Positions 6,745 to 10,229 of a stretch of 10,229 nucleotides of DNA are shown here, piece after piece. The translations under genes and the position numbers were made by a program. The notes under the pieces were generated by a model that did not search any database, was not told where the DNA came from, and saw nothing but the letters and a program-made list of their open reading frames with translations. Within the stretch, counting starts at the first letter, position 1. Each line of letters begins with the position of its first letter. The DNA is taken from positions 1 through 10,229 of the forward strand of contig JANMQV010000124.1 of assembly GCA_031370645.1 (NCBI GenBank), written 5' to 3'. The DNA comes from Candidatus Eiseniibacteriota bacterium. GTDB taxonomy: Bacteria; Eisenbacteria; RBG-16-71-46; SZUA-252.

Positions 6745-7230
6745 ATGCGCAGGGTAGTCTTGTTTTGTACGGTGTTGATGCTGGCGTTTGCCGCGACGGT
6801 CGCGGGCCAGGAAGCGACCGCCCCGATGCACAAGATGGTAAAGCCGGCGGATATCAAGTGGGGCGATCCGCCTCCCGTTTTCGAGAAGGGCGCCACCTTC
6901 ACCGTGTTGTCCGGAAATCCGGCCGAGGCGGGGCTCTTCGTGGCGCGCCTGAAGATGCCGGCCGGCTACAAGATCAACCCGCACTGGCACCCAACCGACG
7001 AGCATGTGACCGTGATTTCGGGCGTGTTCGCACTCGGAATGGGGGAGAAGTTCGACAAGACGACGATGACGTTCCTCCCGGCCGGCGGCTACGCGTTTCT
7101 GCCCGCCGATATGAAGCACTACGCGATGGCGAAGGTCGCCACGGTGGTGCAGGTGACAGGGATGGGGCCGTTCAAACTGACGTATGTGGATCCGGCGAAT
7201 GATCCGAGCACGCGGGGAATGGCGAAGTAG
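6745..7230 (+). CDS. Secreted cupin-domain protein (DUF4437-like)
   Basis: AGGGAG SD before ATG 6745; signal peptide MRRVVLFCTVLMLAFAATVAG; LSGNP..G.FVARLKMPAGYKINPHWHPTDEHVTVISG..LPAGGYAFLPADMKHYA with cupin metal ligands H-x-H-x3-E..H. Confidence 0.88.
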   Translation: MRRVVLFCTVLMLAFAATVAGQEATAPMHKMVKPADIKWGDPPPVFEKGATFTVLSGNPAEAGLFVARLKMPAGYKINPHWHPTDEHVTVISGVFALGMGEKFDKTTMTFLPAGGYAFLPADMKHYAMAKVATVVQVTGMGPFKLTYVDPANDPSTRGMAK

Positions 7231-7253
7231 GATTTGTTTGACGAAGCGACAAG

Positions 7254-7292
7254 CGGGGCTGGGGATTTCAAGACCCCGGCCCCGTCTGATTT
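7254..7292 (+). terminator. Putative intrinsic terminator after the cupin gene
   Basis: 11-bp stem CGGGGCTGGGG / CCCCGGCCCCG (one G-U pair), 9-nt loop, followed by TCTGATTT (weak U tract). Confidence 0.6.
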
Positions 7293-7301
7293 GGAGGGGG
7301 A

Positions 7302-7986
7302 ATGCCGAAGCACATTAGTCGCGGTAACCGCCGAAGGCGCTGCCCTCTGCTATCAGACGATCTGCGCGGAAGGAAGCGCCCTCTTCGGCCCTCGCGCCCA
7401 TCCCGAAGTCACGCTGCACAATTCGTCGCTGAGCGAGTACATGCGCTGCATCGAGGCCCGCGATTGGGAGGCGTTCGGATCGCTGCTGCTCGATTCGGCC
7501 GGGAAACTGCGGAAGGCTGGGGCGGACTTCCTGATTTGTCCTGCTAATACGGCTCACTTGGCGATCGATCTCATCCGGGGGCGTTCGCCTCGGCCGTGGC
7601 TGCATATTGCTGAGGAGGTGGCAGCGGTTGCTGTGAGTCGGAAATTGAGCCGGCTACTGATTCTTGGGACTGGGGCGCTGATGGAAGGTCCGGTTTATCC
7701 GGCGCAGCTTTCCAAGAGGGGCATCGCCTACGAGTTTCCGCGAGTTGAGGATCGCCGCCGGATCGATGGAATCATTTATGGCGAGCTGACGGTGGGGCGG
7801 TTTGAGGAACGATCGCGGGAATACTTCAAGGGTCTGATCCATGAATTTGGAGAGCGGGGATGCGATGGGGTGGTCTTAGGGTGTACCGAGATTCCGCTTT
7901 TGATTTCGGAGGGGGCGTCGCCGATTGCTGCGTTGGATTCCACGCGATTGCTCGCGCGCGCGGCGCTGCGGGAGGCGGTTGGGTAG
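7302..7986 (+). pseudogene. Aspartate/glutamate racemase family gene with an apparent frameshift after codon 5 (real lesion or sequence error)
   Basis: GGAGGGGG SD then ATG 7302 gives MPKHI; the conserved body (VAVTAEGAALCY..GADFLICPANTAH..WLHIAEEV..ILGT..LME..GVVLGCTEIPLL..LDSTRLLA) continues in a different frame from 7318. The in-frame TTG 7234 extension would run through the terminator hairpin. Confidence 0.7.
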
Positions 7987-8159
7987 AGGTGGGCTACTCC
8001 AAGCGTACGTGATGGTCTGAAAGGTCGCGCCTATTCCAGACCAATCGCAAGCAAATCGAGAGGGCAGGCTCTGTTTGCGTGGGGTGCGCCGCGGGCCTGG
8101 TGATTGCTGATGTCGTCTCCGCAGGTTGACGCCCAGCGGAACGAGAGCGATATTCCATC

Positions 8160-8188
8160 TTGACAATATGTCTGATCTGACATATAGT
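8160..8188 (+). promoter_or_regulatory. Sigma70-type promoter with overlapping palindromic operator of the toxin-antitoxin operon
   Basis: TTGACA (8160-8165), 17-bp spacer, TATAGT (8183-8188). The palindrome ATATGTC-T-GATC-T-GACATAT (8166-8185) fills the spacer. Confidence 0.85.
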
Positions 8189-8196
8189 TTCTTCAT

Positions 8197-8529
8197 GTGA
8201 ACCCTACGGATAAACCGCTTGTCTGGCTGCACGGTGCGGTCGCGACCCCGCCCTTTTCCTCAAAGGGGAGGCTGGAGGCAGGGTATCTACTTCGGCAGTT
8301 GCAAGCAGGGCACCGGCTTGGATTGCCGCACTCGAGGCCAATGCCCGCCATCGGGGCGCGATGTCACGAGTTGCGGATCAGTGATGAGGGGGCTTCATGG
8401 AGAATCGTGTATCGGGCTTACGCGGATGCTATCGTGATTTTGGAAGTGTTCTCGAAGAAGACCCCGGCCACACCTCAGAGCGTTATCAACGCCTGCAAGG
8501 CGAGACTTCGGGAGTACGACGATGCGTGA
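8197..8529 (+). CDS. Type II TA toxin, RelE/ParE superfamily (HigB/Gp49-like)
   Basis: KPLVWLHG..TPPFS..EAGYLLRQLQAG..LPHSRPMPAIGARCHELRI..WRIVY..AIVILEVFSKKT..TP; 110 aa, upstream of an HTH gene. Confidence 0.92.
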   Translation: MNPTDKPLVWLHGAVATPPFSSKGRLEAGYLLRQLQAGHRLGLPHSRPMPAIGARCHELRISDEGASWRIVYRAYADAIVILEVFSKKTPATPQSVINACKARLREYDDA

Positions 8530-8854
8530 AGCAAGAAAACGCCGCTTGACGGCTCGAGGCTGGAAGTTCGGCACCGTTAAGGATTTCCTGGGTCTCACCG
8601 CCGAGGAAGAATCCTACATCGATCTCCGGCTCAGGCTCGCCGATGGCCTCCGCAGGCGCCGGATTCGCCGGAGGTTGACCCAAGCCGCCTTGGCAAAAGC
8701 GGTGCGCTCAAGCCAGTCGCGGGTAGCTAAGATGGAGGCGGGGGATCCGACTGTGACGCTCGACCTCCTCATTCGGTCTCTCCTCGCACTCGGGGTGTCC
8801 CGAAGCGATCTGGCCAAGATCATCTCGAGCCGACGAACGGTCGCCATAGGCTGA
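8522..8854 (+). CDS. XRE/Cro-type HTH antitoxin (HigA-like)
   Basis: GWKFGTVKDFLGL..LTQAALAKAVRSSQSRVAKMEAGDPTVTLDLL; overlaps the toxin stop by 8 bp (ATGCGTGA). Confidence 0.92.
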   Translation: MREARKRRLTARGWKFGTVKDFLGLTAEEESYIDLRLRLADGLRRRRIRRRLTQAALAKAVRSSQSRVAKMEAGDPTVTLDLLIRSLLALGVSRSDLAKIISSRRTVAIG

Positions 8855-8972
8855 GCGAGGGTGCTGGGAAGGCGCGGAGGTCAGCGCTGCCGAGGGCCCA
8901 GGCGGTCCACGACGGGCAAATGGGGCCACCGGCCGTTGACGTTCACCGCAGGAGGTTCGGAGGGATTCGACC

Positions 8973-10229
8973 ATGCTAAGGCAATGCTGGATACGAGCCC
9001 TGGTACTCCTGTCGTTGGGCGCGGCGGTGTTTCCCGCAACCGCGGCAGGCGCCGATCCGCATAGCGTCGAGGCGATCATCGCTGCGCTCAAGTCTCCAAT
9101 CTCAGCGGGAGCACTTGCTCAGGCCCGCGAAGTTGACGACCAGATCATGTCGGGCGGCGAAGTAGAGGGCGCAAAGGTCTACCTCGTCACCGACGAGCGC
9201 TCCACGCGCGTCAATGCGATGGTGGCGGGTCTCGTGCGAGCGGTCGGTCAGAATCCGAACGAGTGGATCGTGCGCGTCCTCGACACCAACCCTCAGGTCG
9301 TCAACGCGTTCGTGGCGGGTGGTAGGTACGTCTACGTCTATTCAGGGCTCATGGCGCAAAAGCCGAGCGACGACGAGCTTGCCTTCATTCTCTCTCACGA
9401 ACTTGGTCACTCGCTGCTCAAGCACCAAGAGCGGCAAGAGCAGGCCGGGTCATCGAACTGGGCCACCGTCGCAAAATTGGCCGCACTCTTTTCGGAGAAG
9501 AACCGAGAGGTGCTGACGGACGTGGCGACGTCCATCACGAGCTCATACGACCGAGTCGACGAGGAGGAAGCCGACGCGCTAGGTTGCGCCATCGCGCGCC
9601 GAGCCGGGTTTGATCCGCTTCGCGGCGCCGACTTCTTCACACGTGGGAAGCGCGAGGAGGATGCGGCACGCGAAGAACGAGACGCGCAACTTGCCAGCGC
9701 CAAGGCAGCATACGATGAGGCGCTTGCAACCTGCGTCACGAACAAGGAGCTGTTCAACAGTTCGGCCGAGTACCAAACCAAAACGAACGCCAAGAAAGTG
9801 AACGCAATGTGCGCCGAAGCGGAACAGAAGCGCCTCGCCTATAACGAGGTCGTAGAGGGGTACAACGAATCGGTGGTGGACGATCAGCGCAATCTGCTTC
9901 TCAGCACGCATCCCCAGGACCAGTCGCGGGTGGCCGCCATCGCGGCGCTCTCAGATTTCCTGGCAGGGCGGCGCGACGTGGCCACGTTGGCAAAGTTCAA
10001 GCAGAGCGCGCGGGTTATCACGGCACTTCAGCAGGAGAGGAGCGACCTGCTTGCGCCGTCCGCTCCCGCCGCAGGCGCTGCCGCACCGAATACCGGCGAA
10101 ACCTCGACAGGCGCCGGCAAGCCTTCACTTGAGGAGCAGCTCAAGCAACTCCAAGGCGCCCGCGACCAAGGGCTCATCACAAAGGTCGAATACGAAAAGA
10201 AGCGGCAAGAGATTCTCTCTCGCTACTAG
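8973..10229 (+). CDS. Secreted M48-family zinc metallopeptidase with C-terminal SHOCT domain
   Basis: GGAGGG SD; signal peptide ending ATAAGA; VNAFVAGGRYVYVYSGL, DDELAFILSHELGH (HExxH 9396-9410), YDRVDEEEADALG, AGFDP, LLSTHP; Pro/Ala linker, then LEEQLKQLQGARDQGLITKVEYEKKRQEIL (SHOCT pattern). Confidence 0.9.
   Translation: MLRQCWIRALVLLSLGAAVFPATAAGADPHSVEAIIAALKSPISAGALAQAREVDDQIMSGGEVEGAKVYLVTDERSTRVNAMVAGLVRAVGQNPNEWIVRVLDTNPQVVNAFVAGGRYVYVYSGLMAQKPSDDELAFILSHELGHSLLKHQERQEQAGSSNWATVAKLAALFSEKNREVLTDVATSITSSYDRVDEEEADALGCAIARRAGFDPLRGADFFTRGKREEDAAREERDAQLASAKAAYDEALATCVTNKELFNSSAEYQTKTNAKKVNAMCAEAEQKRLAYNEVVEGYNESVVDDQRNLLLSTHPQDQSRVAAIAALSDFLAGRRDVATLAKFKQSARVITALQQERSDLLAPSAPAAGAAAPNTGETSTGAGKPSLEEQLKQLQGARDQGLITKVEYEKKRQEILSRY

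Noticed and set aside
7234..7301. N-terminal extension of the racemase from TTG 7234
   Set aside because: Runs through a terminator-like hairpin and the strong SD for ATG 7302; not family-like.
5690..8069. Shared 10-mer GAGGGCAGGC in two intergenic regions (5690 and 8060)
   Set aside because: Too short to distinguish from chance in GC-rich DNA.

Overview
GC-rich bacterial DNA with 11 supportable coding regions and no rRNA, tRNA, CRISPR array or transposase. In order: a 5' fragment of a secreted M1 aminopeptidase (minus strand, missing from the ORF track, runs off the left edge); an AAA ATPase with a C-terminal DUF4143 (PD-(D/E)xK-like) domain; a convergent Fic-wHTH protein followed by 11/12-bp periodic repeats; a secreted proline iminopeptidase; a DUF4114 protein with a degenerate PEP-CTERM-like tail; a 361-bp convergent intergenic region with a candidate structured RNA and a perfect 19-bp direct repeat; a PP2C phosphatase; a secreted cupin; an Asp/Glu racemase-family gene with an apparent 5' frameshift; a RelE/HigB-XRE toxin-antitoxin pair with a near-consensus sigma70 promoter and palindromic operator; and a secreted M48 metallopeptidase with a helical insert and C-terminal SHOCT domain. 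Four loci share a TAnnnT-N6-ATG arrangement suggesting leaderless transcription. All family calls come from motif recognition by eye; no database searches or folding programs were run.
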